From an uncultured virus (IMG/VR IMGVR_UViG_3300029989_000017) (taxonomy: Duplodnaviria > Heunggongvirae > Uroviricota > Caudoviricetes), in IMG/VR virus record IMGVR_UViG_3300029989_000017: a stretch of 64,000 nucleotides of DNA. One strand, given 5' to 3'. Below the pieces are notes generated by a model. The model ran no database searches. It was not told the origin of the DNA and worked only from the letters and a program-made list of their open reading frames with translations. The position numbers and the translations under genes were made by a program. Positions within the stretch are counted from its first letter, which is position 1. Every line of letters starts with the position of its first letter. Positions 47,876 to 57,615 of this stretch are shown piece by piece.

Positions 47876-48121
47876 ATGAAAAAGTTTTACAAGGTAGAGG
47901 GCTCACCGAGAAGAGCCTGCGCGAGAACAACGGACAACCACGAATACCACTGGGCGATCGCATACATGATAGACGGCGTGGCCGCCTCCTCGAAGGCCTT
48001 CAGGGCCGACGAAGCAAGCGCCAACAGCGAGGCCGCTCGGATGAACAGAGACCGCGGCAACCACTATAAGGTCCTCCCCGTGATCGAGATCACGGCCGCC
48101 GAGTACAAAGCCCTAAAATAA
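47876..48121 (+). CDS. Early hypothetical protein
   Basis: ATG after AGAGGAG; 81 aa. Confidence 0.65.
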   Translation: MKKFYKVEGSPRRACARTTDNHEYHWAIAYMIDGVAASSKAFRADEASANSEAARMNRDRGNHYKVLPVIEITAAEYKALK

Positions 48122-48173
48122 TCGAGGGCGGCCTTCGGGCCGTAAGACCACAAAAGCGGGTCCCAAGTCCCGC
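48121..48173 (+). ncRNA. Twister ribozyme-like RNA (circularly permuted, P5-type order)
   Basis: GAGGG - P1 hairpin CGGCC-UUCG-GGCCG - UAA - GACCAC - P4 GCGGG-UCCCAAGU-CCCGC; predicted cut 48143/48144. Confidence 0.7.
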
Positions 48174-48197
48174 CGACCTGAGAGGAGAGATCAAGTA

Positions 48198-49960
48198 ATG
48201 GACCTCGAAGAAATCCGTTATAAGCTCCGCATCCTGCGACTGCGTAACGGCGTGGACCCCGACGAGATCGCAGACATACTCGACGCCATTCTAAATTTGA
48301 TTGAAGGAGACAACCATGAGACAGAACAATGACCGAGATTTTTATGTTGTCCTCGGCGACGAGGTCTTCATCTTTGACAGCAAGATCGAGCGCGACAACT
48401 TTCTCCTGCTGTGCGACGACACCACCGCGGCCCCCGCAAAAGACGCCTACAAAATATTGGATAGGAGCTGACCGCCATGGACTACACCACTGAAGCCTAC
48501 GCCGCCTCTAAAATCGAGTATGCCCTCGGGCGTGCAAGCAAACCCAATCACGAGTTTTTCGGCAAGCTAATAATCGAGATGCCTTGGGGCTCACGGGCTA
48601 TACCTGAGTTTACGGAGATGTTTAAACAGCTCAAGGCCCTCGGCATCACAGAGTTTTACTCTACCGACGAGTCGACGTCCCTGCTCGGACAACTCCGCAT
48701 CATACAGACCCTCGGGGCCGCCTACGAGACCGTGGTGCTTGACGCTCTGCCCTCGTGGCCGGGTGCGATTCTCCGAAAGCGCCTCGCCCTGCACGTCATT
48801 TTGAAGGAGGACTAATATAATGCCTAACAAGACGAATAACCCCTGCAACCGTCAGAACTTTACCCTCGCCATCGAGGTCCTAAAATATCACGCACCATGG
48901 AACCGCTACGCGATCGAGGACATCTACCTTGACCTCGGCGCAGGCATGAAGTGGGAGACGATCGTCTGCTACCGCTCCGTCAACGACAGCTATCAGATGC
49001 TCTGCCCCCGGGACTGGGACATTCTCAACATCGCCGCTACCGCCTCAGAGATCACCCTGCTCATGGAGAAGATCGTCAGCGACCAAGCCAAGCTGTTGAG
49101 GTGCTAGAATGTACATTCCGAAATACGTTGAAACCCTGCTCGAAGACAAGCGTCTGCGCCTCGCCGCAGGCGAGGAGCAGGCGGAGCACCCCGAGGCCCT
49201 TGGCTACACCTTCCGCCTGTACAGGCGCACCAACGGCGTCTACGACGGCACATTCGTGGACGAGGCCGAGCGGCTCTGCGCGTGGGCCCGAAACAAGTAT
49301 GCCGACGCCTATACAACCAAGCTCGTGTGCTTTACCGAGAAGGAACACCGCAAGCCCTACTACAAGCGCGACTTCTGGCTCATGGTTATCACGGACCCCG
49401 TCGCGATCATACTTGAGAAGAGAATGGAGAAACATGACAAAAGTTGAAGAGTTTGCGGCCCTCGTGGCCGAACAGATCAAGGCCAACTACTACGCAGACG
49501 CTATTAGGCGCTCCTCGGATTATGAGACGTGGGATAAGCACATCGGCTCGAGGATTGGCACCGAGGTCATAGTTGGCCCCAAGTACACAAAGGTCAACGT
49601 CCTCCTGCCCGACCCGAGCGCCCGCTACATGGTAGAGAATGCCACAGGCGACATCTACGGCGTCAAGAGCTATGGCAAGGTCAACAAGGCGCACTACTAC
49701 GGCGACCTCAACAACACAGACGAGTATTACTGGGGCGGCTACGCCCCGACGCGTGTCATGATAAGGTTGGTGAAGAGATGAGACTGGCCGTACGCGACAA
49801 AGAGGGCCGCATGATCGTGCTCTCACAGAAGGAGCCCTGCGGCGTGCTCACACTCACGCAGGTAGGTGCCGAGACCCTAACCCTGCCGCCCGAGGACTTA
49901 GCCGAGCTGATCAGATACTATAGATTTGTAAAAATGTATGATCTCCCGATATATCGATAA
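48198..49960 (+). CDS. Early hypothetical genes (48198-48332, 48316-48471, 48477-48815, 48820-49107, 49109-49447, 49434-49781, 49778-49960)
   Basis: Packed small ORFs, most with a purine-rich RBS. Confidence 0.6.
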
Positions 49961-49966
49961 GCGCAG

Positions 49967-50048
49967 AATGCACAAAGAGATTTGTGCATTTTGTATATTG
50001 ACTTATTTACTCATTGTAGTAAAATAGTATTATCAGATTCGAGAGGAG
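49967..50048 (+). promoter_or_regulatory. Repeated early promoter cassette
   Basis: Inverted repeat AATGCACAAA/TTTGTGCATT; TTGACT-16-TAAAAT; RBS. Confidence 0.85.
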
Positions 50049-50056
50049 AACACACC

Positions 50057-50913
50057 ATGAACTACGAGATTGTACACGACTGCGACGATGACGACGGCAC
50101 ACCGACCTGCTACAGCGCCGAGGACGCATACGGCCGCTATTGGTGGATTGACGTAGACTCGACAGGCTTCACCTGCACGACCAAGCTCGAGGGCGCGCTC
50201 TCCGCGCGGCAGACCTGTAAGACCCTGACAAGCGCTAAACGGTGGATAACTGAGAACTGCAAAAAATATAAGGATAGAGGCTAAAAATATGAAAAACTTC
50301 GATAAATGGCTCGACACCCTCCTAGAGGAAAAAGGCATCGACCCTGAGAGCACCATCGCCTTCGACGGCCCGAGCGCCAAGAGCGGCACCTACAACTTCA
50401 TGATGCTCGACGTCGTGGTCGAGGCCCTCAAGAACACAAGCCCCGCCGAGCAGGCGGCCGTCAAGAATATGCTCGTCAAGATAGACTTCGTTAACGGCGA
50501 CGTCGTAGACTACCTCAGGCACCTCGCGGGGGCGCTCGTCCTATGAAAAAGATTAACAAGGCCACGGCCCGTAAGCTCTACCGCGATGAAGGTGTTGAAA
50601 TACACCTCCTGCCCTGCAAGGTCGGCCTCGGCAGTGTGTGGGTCCGCCCGGTCGGCATCCGCGCCGCGGGCCCTGCCGCGGAAACCTTCGATCACCGTGT
50701 CAACAGCTTCGAGTATTACAACTGCAACGCCGAGCTAGGCTACTACGCCGCGTATTACATCAAGGAGGACACAGAATGAAAACCATCATGGCTCAGCAAT
50801 ACCGCTACTACGTGTTCGTGTGCGCGGGGCAGATCGCCTACTTCAATGACCGCAGGGAGGCCGAGGCCTTCGCGGCCTTCAATGACTCCGAAGTCTCCGA
50901 CATGGACATCTAG
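50057..50913 (+). CDS. Early hypothetical genes (50057-50284, 50289-50546, 50543-50779, 50776-50913)
   Basis: Coupled small ORFs. Confidence 0.6.
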
Positions 50914-50980
50914 CACAAAAATCTTTGTGCACTTTGTATATTGACTTATTTACTCAATGTAGTAAAATAGGTACTATGAG
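50913..50980 (+). promoter_or_regulatory. Repeated early promoter cassette
   Basis: Inverted repeat GCACAAA/TTTGTGC; TTGACT(50941)-16-TAAAAT. Confidence 0.85.
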
Positions 50981-51011
50981 AGGGCCAAGAGCCCCGAGAA
51001 GGAGAGAACAT

Positions 51012-51248
51012 ATGAAGCAGATCAAGACTAGCACTTTCGCAGGCGGCGACGTCTCAGAGACCACGACCATCATCACCGAGGAGGCTTACCTAGAGATCGG
51101 GCGCAAGGCCGAACGCCTTAAAGACCACGGCGCTGAGGTCACCTTCGACACACTCGAGGACGGTACGACCAAGATCACCCGCATACTCCACGCGATCGAA
51201 GCCACAGACAACATCACCATCGTCTACACCTTCAGCGAGGAGGAATAA
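51012..51248 (+). CDS. Early hypothetical protein
   Basis: ATG after AAGGAGA; 78 aa. Confidence 0.65.
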   Translation: MKQIKTSTFAGGDVSETTTIITEEAYLEIGRKAERLKDHGAEVTFDTLEDGTTKITRILHAIEATDNITIVYTFSEEE

Positions 51249-51301
51249 TCGAGGGCGGCCCACAGGGCCGTAAGACCACAAAAGCGGGTCCCAAGTCCCG
51301 C
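51248..51301 (+). ncRNA. Twister ribozyme-like RNA, second copy
   Basis: Core identical to 48121-48173; only the P1 apex differs (CGGCCC-ACA-GGGCCG); predicted cut 51271/51272. Confidence 0.7.
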
Positions 51302-51321
51302 CACATTGAGAGGAGATCAAC

Positions 51322-53450
51322 ATGAGACAGGTTATACACTACTGGGGCGAGTATTGGGGCGAAGACGGCGCGCGGCAGATCATGACCCCTGTGTTCATAA
51401 ACAAAGCGGAGTTTGCGACGTACATGAGAGCCCACAAGGACCCCGCCATCAAGCTAATTTGGTGCCAAGATAAAACACCCGCGTTTCGCGGAAATTCAAG
51501 ATTTTAAGGAGACCGTCATGCAGAAAGAAGAGTTTGAGGCCCGCCTAGGCGTAGAGGTCACCGGGAGCGTGTACGATAGAGTCGAGGCCCTGTATATGGC
51601 GGGACCCGACGACAAAGACACCTTCGTCACGAAGCTCAAGCGCAAGGGCACGGTCGTCGCGATACAGAATGAAATCATCCGCGAGCTCGAGAAAAAGATC
51701 GCCCGCACAGAGACCTACCTGACCGCGGCCAAGGCTCGGCACAGCGCGTCATACGAGCGCCCACAGGCCCAAGAGGCGCACCGTCGCGCAGAGGAAATCC
51801 TCGACAGCAACACCTATTACGGCAACAACCATTATCTCATGGGCCTCGAAGGGTCCGTCACCTGCCAGTATGCGCTCGAATATTTGAGAGGAGAACAACT
51901 ATGAACAAGATCAGACGCGCCGCCCTACAGGAGATCATCGACACCCTGACTAAACTGCGTAGCGCTCTCGACAATGGAGACGCCCTCTCCGACCTTCGCG
52001 GAGAGCTCGACAGCGTCCAAGCCGACGAGCAGGAGTCCTTCGACAATATGCCAGAGGGTATACAGGCGAGCGAACAGGGGCAGGCATCAGAGTCCGCCGC
52101 GGAGGCCATAGAGTCCGCGTCTGGCTCTTTGGACGACGCGATGAGCTCGCTGTCTGAGGTCCTTGACTCAATCGACTCGGCTCTCGCCTCGATCGAGGAG
52201 GCGCAGGCATGAAGAGCAAATATTTACAGGACGTCATCTATCTGCACAAGCGTGTCCTTCCCGATGTGCCGCCAGAGCTCAAGACAATCTCCGAGGAGTG
52301 GACCAACAGGTCGAACGCGGGCCCCGACGAAGGCTCCCGTGTCCTCGGGGCGGGCTTCATGTTCAAGTACAACAAGCAATGGTACTTCATGCCGCCCAAC
52401 TGCCGCCATCAGGGCTCGGTGTCGTGGGAGCGCCACAGAGAGCCCATACACATGATGCTGTGTGGCATCGGCGCAACAGATATTCGATATGATTGGGGTG
52501 TTATGGCTTGAGACACGTTTACCTGCCCGCCAACCAAATGCACGCGATCAGACTCGGCGACCAAATCATCAGTATCAACGGCAAGAGCTTTTTTCAGTCC
52601 CGCGCAGAGCTCCTCGAGGCCTTGGCCGCGAAGGGCCTGACACTCAAAGACGGCGAGGTCGTCAAGAAGGAGGCAATCCATGTTTGATTTTACAGAGGCC
52701 CGCAGTGCCTATTTTCCGCCGCGCGTCGACCGCGTCGAGTCCCTGAAGGTTGAGATCGCTGACCACTTCCCGATGATCTCACTCCGACCAAGCAACGCCG
52801 ACGACACGTACACCCTCGCCGACCTCGGCGCTGTGCTTGAGGCCGCCGGGTACACTAAGGCCTTCGAGGCCGAGGAAGAGATCATCATACCGCAAGGTAT
52901 GTTCAGACACGAGTGGGCGACCTACCCGAAGGGCTTTGTGGTGTACACGTTATGAGTAAATGCCCGACACTGGCACTCGTGGGCTGTGAGGCCCTCAGAG
53001 AGCTCGCCCCAGTCATTGAATACTGCCGCCTGCTCTCTAGGCTCGTTTCTCCTGCGGATACTCGGCGCTACGGCCTGCGCCACGACGGCGCGGTCTCTGA
53101 TTTTCTCGGGGGTCTTAGCTGTGTTCTTGCGAAGGGCGAGATGCTTGACCTCGCTAACAACGAATTTGACCGAGACCTGTATACCCGCATATGTGAGGAC
53201 GTGAAGCATGAGCAGTAAGAGCGCACTTATCGTCGGCGCGGGCCTTAGTAACCTCTTGGCGGCCTCTGTGTTGTTTGCTACGGCCGCCAACCCCTACAGC
53301 TCTCAGCCCGTGCCAAAAACGCCCCTGAGCGTAGAGAGGGCCCGCTACGGCGGCCGAGTAGCCTGCCGTGTTTGTGGAGCCTGCGGCGTAACCCTGTACA
53401 AAGACGGCGACGACGCCTATATTTGCAAAAAATGTAAGGCCGAAAAATAG
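51322..53450 (+). CDS. Early hypothetical genes (51322-51507, 51518-51904, 51901-52212, 52209-52511, ~52538-52687, 52680-52955, 52952-53218, 53208-53450)
   Basis: Coupled small ORFs; 51901-52212 is an acidic coiled coil. Confidence 0.6.
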
Positions 53451-53455
53451 GGGGT

Positions 53456-53672
53456 CGGTAGCACTTGTCGCACTTGTCGCACTTTTTTCAACTCCCCTAT
53501 ACTACGTAGATACGTGTTTAGACCTGTGTTTTCCCCTTAATTCTCTATGTATGTTTTTATATAATAATGTGCTACCAGTGCTACCATACATAGAGGAAGG
53601 CCTGCAATCACTCAACTTTTTAGTGTCGCACTTGTGGTCGCACTTGCTAAAAAAGTGCTACCAAGTGCGACC
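53456..53672. repeat. Iteron-rich origin-like element, copy 2 (diverged direct repeat of 29159-29375)
   Basis: Same iteron order and shared blocks CGGTAGCACTTGTCGCACTTGT, TTTAGACCTG, CTATGTATGTTTTTATATAATAATGTGCTAC, GTGCTACCATACATAGA. Confidence 0.85.
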
Positions 53673-53686
53673 ACAATAAAAACAGA

Positions 53687-53905
53687 ATGGAGCTATTAAA
53701 AATGGGACTCAAAGAGCTTAGACTGAAGGGTGGCTTTACCCTCCACAGCCTCGCCGACGCGTCGGGCGTCAATTTCATGAAAATTCATCAGATCGAGAAG
53801 GGTCAGCGCGATATGGAGAACATCACGCTGAAGACCTCGCTGAAACTCGCCAAGGCGCTGAAGTGTAGACCCGAGGACCTGATCGACAAGGAGCCCAAAG
53901 CGTGA
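53687..53905 (+). CDS. XRE-family HTH regulator
   Basis: LKELR..GFTLHSLADASGV...IHQIEKG..KLAKAL.C.PEDL. Confidence 0.85.
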   Translation: MELLKMGLKELRLKGGFTLHSLADASGVNFMKIHQIEKGQRDMENITLKTSLKLAKALKCRPEDLIDKEPKA

Positions 53906-54177
53906 GGCGGGCGTTTTGGTATGCGTGGGCGCGGCTTCGCCTCCGATGGCTGTACAGAGGCGACCCGCCGAGCTACGAAGGCCCACAGAACGACAGTTGC
54001 CCGAACTGCTTCAGGAACCCGTACGACGATCAACCGTTCGAGGACGAGTTTGACAGGAGAAACCCACACCTAGGGTCCTTTAATCACAGCTATGGCTATG
54101 AGGGCGCGTACTCATGGACCGACCGTTTCAGGTGCCGACGTTGCGGGACAATATTTGAGGTTGACAACAGCGATTAA
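53902..54177 (+). CDS. Hypothetical zinc-ribbon protein
   Basis: CPNC and CRRC; GTGA overlap with the XRE gene. Confidence 0.55.
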   Translation: MRRAFWYAWARLRLRWLYRGDPPSYEGPQNDSCPNCFRNPYDDQPFEDEFDRRNPHLGSFNHSYGYEGAYSWTDRFRCRRCGTIFEVDNSD

Positions 54178-54219
54178 TTGGCGCATACTGTCGACAACTC
54201 TCATATGTCTTCTCTCAAC

Positions 54220-54263
54220 AAAGTGGCCCCTGCGGCGAAAATCCGCAGGGGCACTTTGTTTTT
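54220..54263 (+). terminator. Intrinsic terminator
   Basis: GCCCCTGCGG-CGAAAAT-CCGCAGGGGC stem followed by ACTTTGTTTTT. Confidence 0.75.
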
Positions 54264-54283
54264 AAACATGATAGGAGTGAATT

Positions 54284-54631
54284 ATGAACATAAACGAGAA
54301 ACGCATATTAGACGGCAGGTACACCCTGCAACAGGCCACCCTAAACAAGCTATGCACCGAGCTCGGGCTCGTGGCCTTCCGCCCGAACTACCACGCGAAG
54401 ACCAACGACTCCAACACGGTCCTGATCTACCGCCAAGCGGACGAAGCCTTCAATCTGACGCTCGAGCCGTGGGACTGGAAGAAGGCCAAGGACCCAGTTT
54501 TCGTCTTCGAGAACACCGACGCCAACGGGAAGTTCGACCTGAACTTCGCCAAGCGCGGGAGCATCGACCTCAAGCCTTTGGACATCGAGAGCGTGCTCAA
54601 AAAGGTCCTCAAGGCGGCAATTAAAAAGTGA
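54284..54631 (+). CDS. Hypothetical protein
   Basis: ATG after AGGAG; 115 aa. Confidence 0.65.
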   Translation: MNINEKRILDGRYTLQQATLNKLCTELGLVAFRPNYHAKTNDSNTVLIYRQADEAFNLTLEPWDWKKAKDPVFVFENTDANGKFDLNFAKRGSIDLKPLDIESVLKKVLKAAIKK

Positions 54632-54638
54632 CCAAAGG

Positions 54639-54726
54639 CAAGAGGTAAAATTTGTGCATTTTACCTCTTGTATTATTTACTCAATGTAGTAAAATAGGTA
54701 GTATGAGAGACCCAATTGAGAGGAGA
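54639..54726 (+). promoter_or_regulatory. Repeated early promoter cassette
   Basis: 12-bp inverted repeat CAAGAGGTAAAA/TTTTACCTCTTG around TTTGTGCA; TTGTAT-16-TAAAAT with TTTACTCAATGTAGTAAA. Confidence 0.8.
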
Positions 54727-54734
54727 TCACCACC

Positions 54735-55475
54735 ATGACAAAGAAAATGCAGAGCAACGGCTTCAAGTTCACAAGCCACGCCAACGGCACCATAAAGATC
54801 GACTACGAAAAATACGCCGCCACAGTCGGCGGCATCCCCTCCGCGGGAGAGTGGGTCTGGAACATGGCCCCCAACCACGACATCAGCCACATCGTGTGTG
54901 AGAAGCTCTGCGCGTGGTCAGGCATCAACATGATGGGCGAACTCATCAACGACAGGAGGCTAGAAAACGATGAAGACTAGACTTGATTTACTCTGCGAGG
55001 CCTACAAACAGCTCAACTTACTCGAGGAGCACGACAGCCCCTCCGAGATCGCCCGCACTATTGCCCAGTATAAGAAGGACCACGACCTCATCCCTTACAG
55101 CCGAATGTACATCGAGGTCGTCGACAATGCCATGTATATCAACAGCGTGTTCGTCGCCCGTATCGGCGCGAAGAAGGCCGCTTACAGCTCCAAAGAGCTT
55201 TACGAACAGGGCACCTACCACGAAAATAAATGCTTAGGGAGAGACGAGATATGAGCACACTTAGAGAGGCCATTAAGGCCAACGGTCACGAGAACACGTT
55301 TATCACGATCATCATACTACGCGTCAAGGAAAACAAGCCCCTGATCAAGACCACCTACCACTCGATGTATGGCCGAGAGCTCAACCCGATGCGCGCTGAC
55401 GCGCCTGTGCTCTTCGAGTGCAAGCATGAATATATCGGCGGCGACTTTCTGCCCGCCTACGGTATTCAGCTATGA
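54735..55475 (+). CDS. Early hypothetical genes (54735-54980, 54970-55254, 55251-55475)
   Basis: Coupled small ORFs with RBS. Confidence 0.6.
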
Positions 55476-56287
55476 TCGGCGCTATCATCGGAGACATCGT
55501 CGGCTCACGCTTCGAGTTTGACAACCACAGGAGCAAGAACTTCAAGCTGTTCGCCAAGACCTGCTACTTCACCGACGACACGGTCATGACGCTCGCAGTC
55601 GCAAAGGCGCTCATGGCCGCCACGCGCTACGGGGCTAACATCGGCGAAGAGACCGTGAAGTGGATGCAGACGCTCGGCCGCAAGTATCCTAATCGCGGCT
55701 ACGGCAGGGCGTTCAAAGAGTGGCTCCAAGCGGCAAAGCCCGAGCCCTACAACAGCTTCGGCAACGGCGCGGCCATGCGCGTCAGCCCCGCAGGAGAGGC
55801 CGCGCATGATCGTGGCGGCGCTGTTCGATTATCCGCGTCCGTAACAAAAGTCACACACGACCACCCCGAGGGGCTGAAGGGCGCGGAGGCCGTGGCCGTG
55901 GCCATATGGCTCGCACGTTGGCGCAGTGAGACCAAGGGCCTAAGGCTGAGGCGGCGCTTCACAAAAGAGGAGCTCCGCAAGCGGCTCAGCGAATATTATG
56001 ACCTCAACTTCACCATCGACGAGATCAGGCCCACGTACAAATTCAACGAGACTTGTCAGGAGACCGTGCCGCAGGCGATCGAGGCCTTCCTCGAGTCCAC
56101 ATCATTCGAGGACGCCATACGTATCGCCATATCGGTCGGAGGCGACAGCGATACCCTAGCCGCGATCACAGGCTCGATCGCCGAGGCATACTACGGCGTG
56201 CGCGATGACTTCAAGGTCAAGGCCCTGTCCTATTTAGACCCCTACCTGCGCGACATCTACTACGAATGGGAGGCGTTTGTGAAATGA
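55472..56287 (+). CDS. ADP-ribosylglycohydrolase (DraG/ARH family)
   Basis: GAIIGDIVGS, FTDDT, SFGNGAAMRVSP, VTHDHPEG, SVGGDSDTLAAI. Confidence 0.95.
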   Translation: MIGAIIGDIVGSRFEFDNHRSKNFKLFAKTCYFTDDTVMTLAVAKALMAATRYGANIGEETVKWMQTLGRKYPNRGYGRAFKEWLQAAKPEPYNSFGNGAAMRVSPAGEAAHDRGGAVRLSASVTKVTHDHPEGLKGAEAVAVAIWLARWRSETKGLRLRRRFTKEELRKRLSEYYDLNFTIDEIRPTYKFNETCQETVPQAIEAFLESTSFEDAIRIAISVGGDSDTLAAITGSIAEAYYGVRDDFKVKALSYLDPYLRDIYYEWEAFVK

Positions 56288-56663
56288 AGGCTGTTATCGA
56301 ATGCCCGCACTGCGCCGTACAGGTCAAGGTGCCCGTGTCTCACGAGCAGGCCCGCGAGCTCGTCAGGTGCCCGTTCTGCGGCCGCGAGTGCATCATCGAC
56401 TACATCGTCACGATCAAGGTCAAGAGCACAATAAAATTCGAGGAGATGATCGTGTGATACGCAAGTGTAAACACTGTGATGCCGCCGCCTACGTTCGCAA
56501 AGAGCGACAGTCACCTTCCCGGGGGCGCGGCAACGGATACTATCACCCGATACACAGTTTCTACGTGTGCTGTCCGCTCTGCTACCAGATGAGCACATGG
56601 TACAACTCCTCGCGCGCTCTAGCTATCGCGGACTGGAATAGAAAGCAAAAAATGCACAATTAA
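56284..56663 (+). CDS. Two small zinc-finger proteins (56284-56457; ~56454-56663, Lar-like)
   Basis: CPHC/CPFC; CKHC...C..C...AIADWNR resembles Lar restriction-alleviation proteins. Confidence 0.5.
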
Positions 56664-56740
56664 TTTTGTGCATTTTGCCTATTGACTTCTTTACTCAATG
56701 TAGTAAAATAGGTACTATGAGAGACCCACTACGAGAGGAG
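56649..56740 (+). promoter_or_regulatory. Repeated early promoter cassette
   Basis: Inverted repeat AAAATGCACAA/TTGTGCATTTT; TTGACT-16-TAAAAT; RBS GAGAGGAG. Confidence 0.85.
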
Positions 56741-56748
56741 CAAACGCC

Positions 56749-57576
56749 ATGAAGAAAAAAGAGTACGCGCCCTATAAAGAATACATCCGCACAGACAGGA
56801 ATGGGACAAAGTATTACAACGAGCGCGTTGACTGCGGACGTTGCGGCGGAACAGGCTTTTACGGACCGATTCAGGTTTTCAATGGTGAGTGCTTCGACTG
56901 TAATAAACGCGGATGGGTCATCGCCGAGACCAAAGAGTACACGCCTGAGCACCGCGCCAAACTCGACGCCAAAGCCGAGGCCGCGAGAGCCAAGAAGACC
57001 GCCGAGCACCTCGCCCACATTCCCGCCGAGAACGCCGCTTTTATGTGGCGGAAGTTTGAAGGTCACGACCACATCTGCGCGATACTCGGCAAGACCTACG
57101 AGCTCAAGGACGAGCTCAAGGCCGAAGGGTGCTTTTACAGGGGTGAGTTTGACGGTTGGTGCGCCTACGAGACAAAGCGCCCCTGCGTCAAGGTCCCGGT
57201 CGACGATCTCATCGAGACGACCGACAGCGGGTGGGTCCGTCTGAGAGACGACGGCGCGGTGATCGTTCGGGCGCTCAAAGAGATCGCCGAGAAGGCACTC
57301 CGCCCCGTCAGCGAGCACGTCGGCAAGGTCGGCGAGAGAATCACCTGCGACATCGTGGTTGAGGACGTGTTCAGCTACAAGTGCAAGAGCTTCGCAGGTT
57401 ACGGCATGGAGACCCGATACATCAACAAGTTTCGGACGGCCGACGGTAATATTCTCGTGTGGCAGACAAGCGCTCCCGCCGACGAGAAGGCCACAAAGAT
57501 CACGGGCACGGTCAAGGCCCACGACGACTACAAAGGCGAAAAACAGACAACACTTCAGCGTTGCAAACTTGGATAA
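56749..57576 (+). CDS. Zn-finger + OB-fold nucleic-acid-binding protein
   Basis: CGRCGGTG..CFDC; GKTYELKDELKAEG; C-terminal HVGKVGER...GTVKAHDDYKGEKQT. Confidence 0.65.
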   Translation: MKKKEYAPYKEYIRTDRNGTKYYNERVDCGRCGGTGFYGPIQVFNGECFDCNKRGWVIAETKEYTPEHRAKLDAKAEAARAKKTAEHLAHIPAENAAFMWRKFEGHDHICAILGKTYELKDELKAEGCFYRGEFDGWCAYETKRPCVKVPVDDLIETTDSGWVRLRDDGAVIVRALKEIAEKALRPVSEHVGKVGERITCDIVVEDVFSYKCKSFAGYGMETRYINKFRTADGNILVWQTSAPADEKATKITGTVKAHDDYKGEKQTTLQRCKLG

Positions 57577-57614
57577 TAAAAAGCCCCTCAACCAAACGGC
57601 TGAGGGGCTTTTCT
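57577..57614. terminator. Bidirectional intrinsic terminator between converging early and late units
   Basis: AAAAAAGCCCCTCA...TGAGGGGCTTTT. Confidence 0.85.
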
Positions 57615-57615
57615 T

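Noticed and set aside
48156..48173. tRNA T-arm look-alike GCGGGTCCCAAGTCCCGC
   Set aside because: There is no cloverleaf and the loop is 8 nt without TTC. It is better explained as twister P4.
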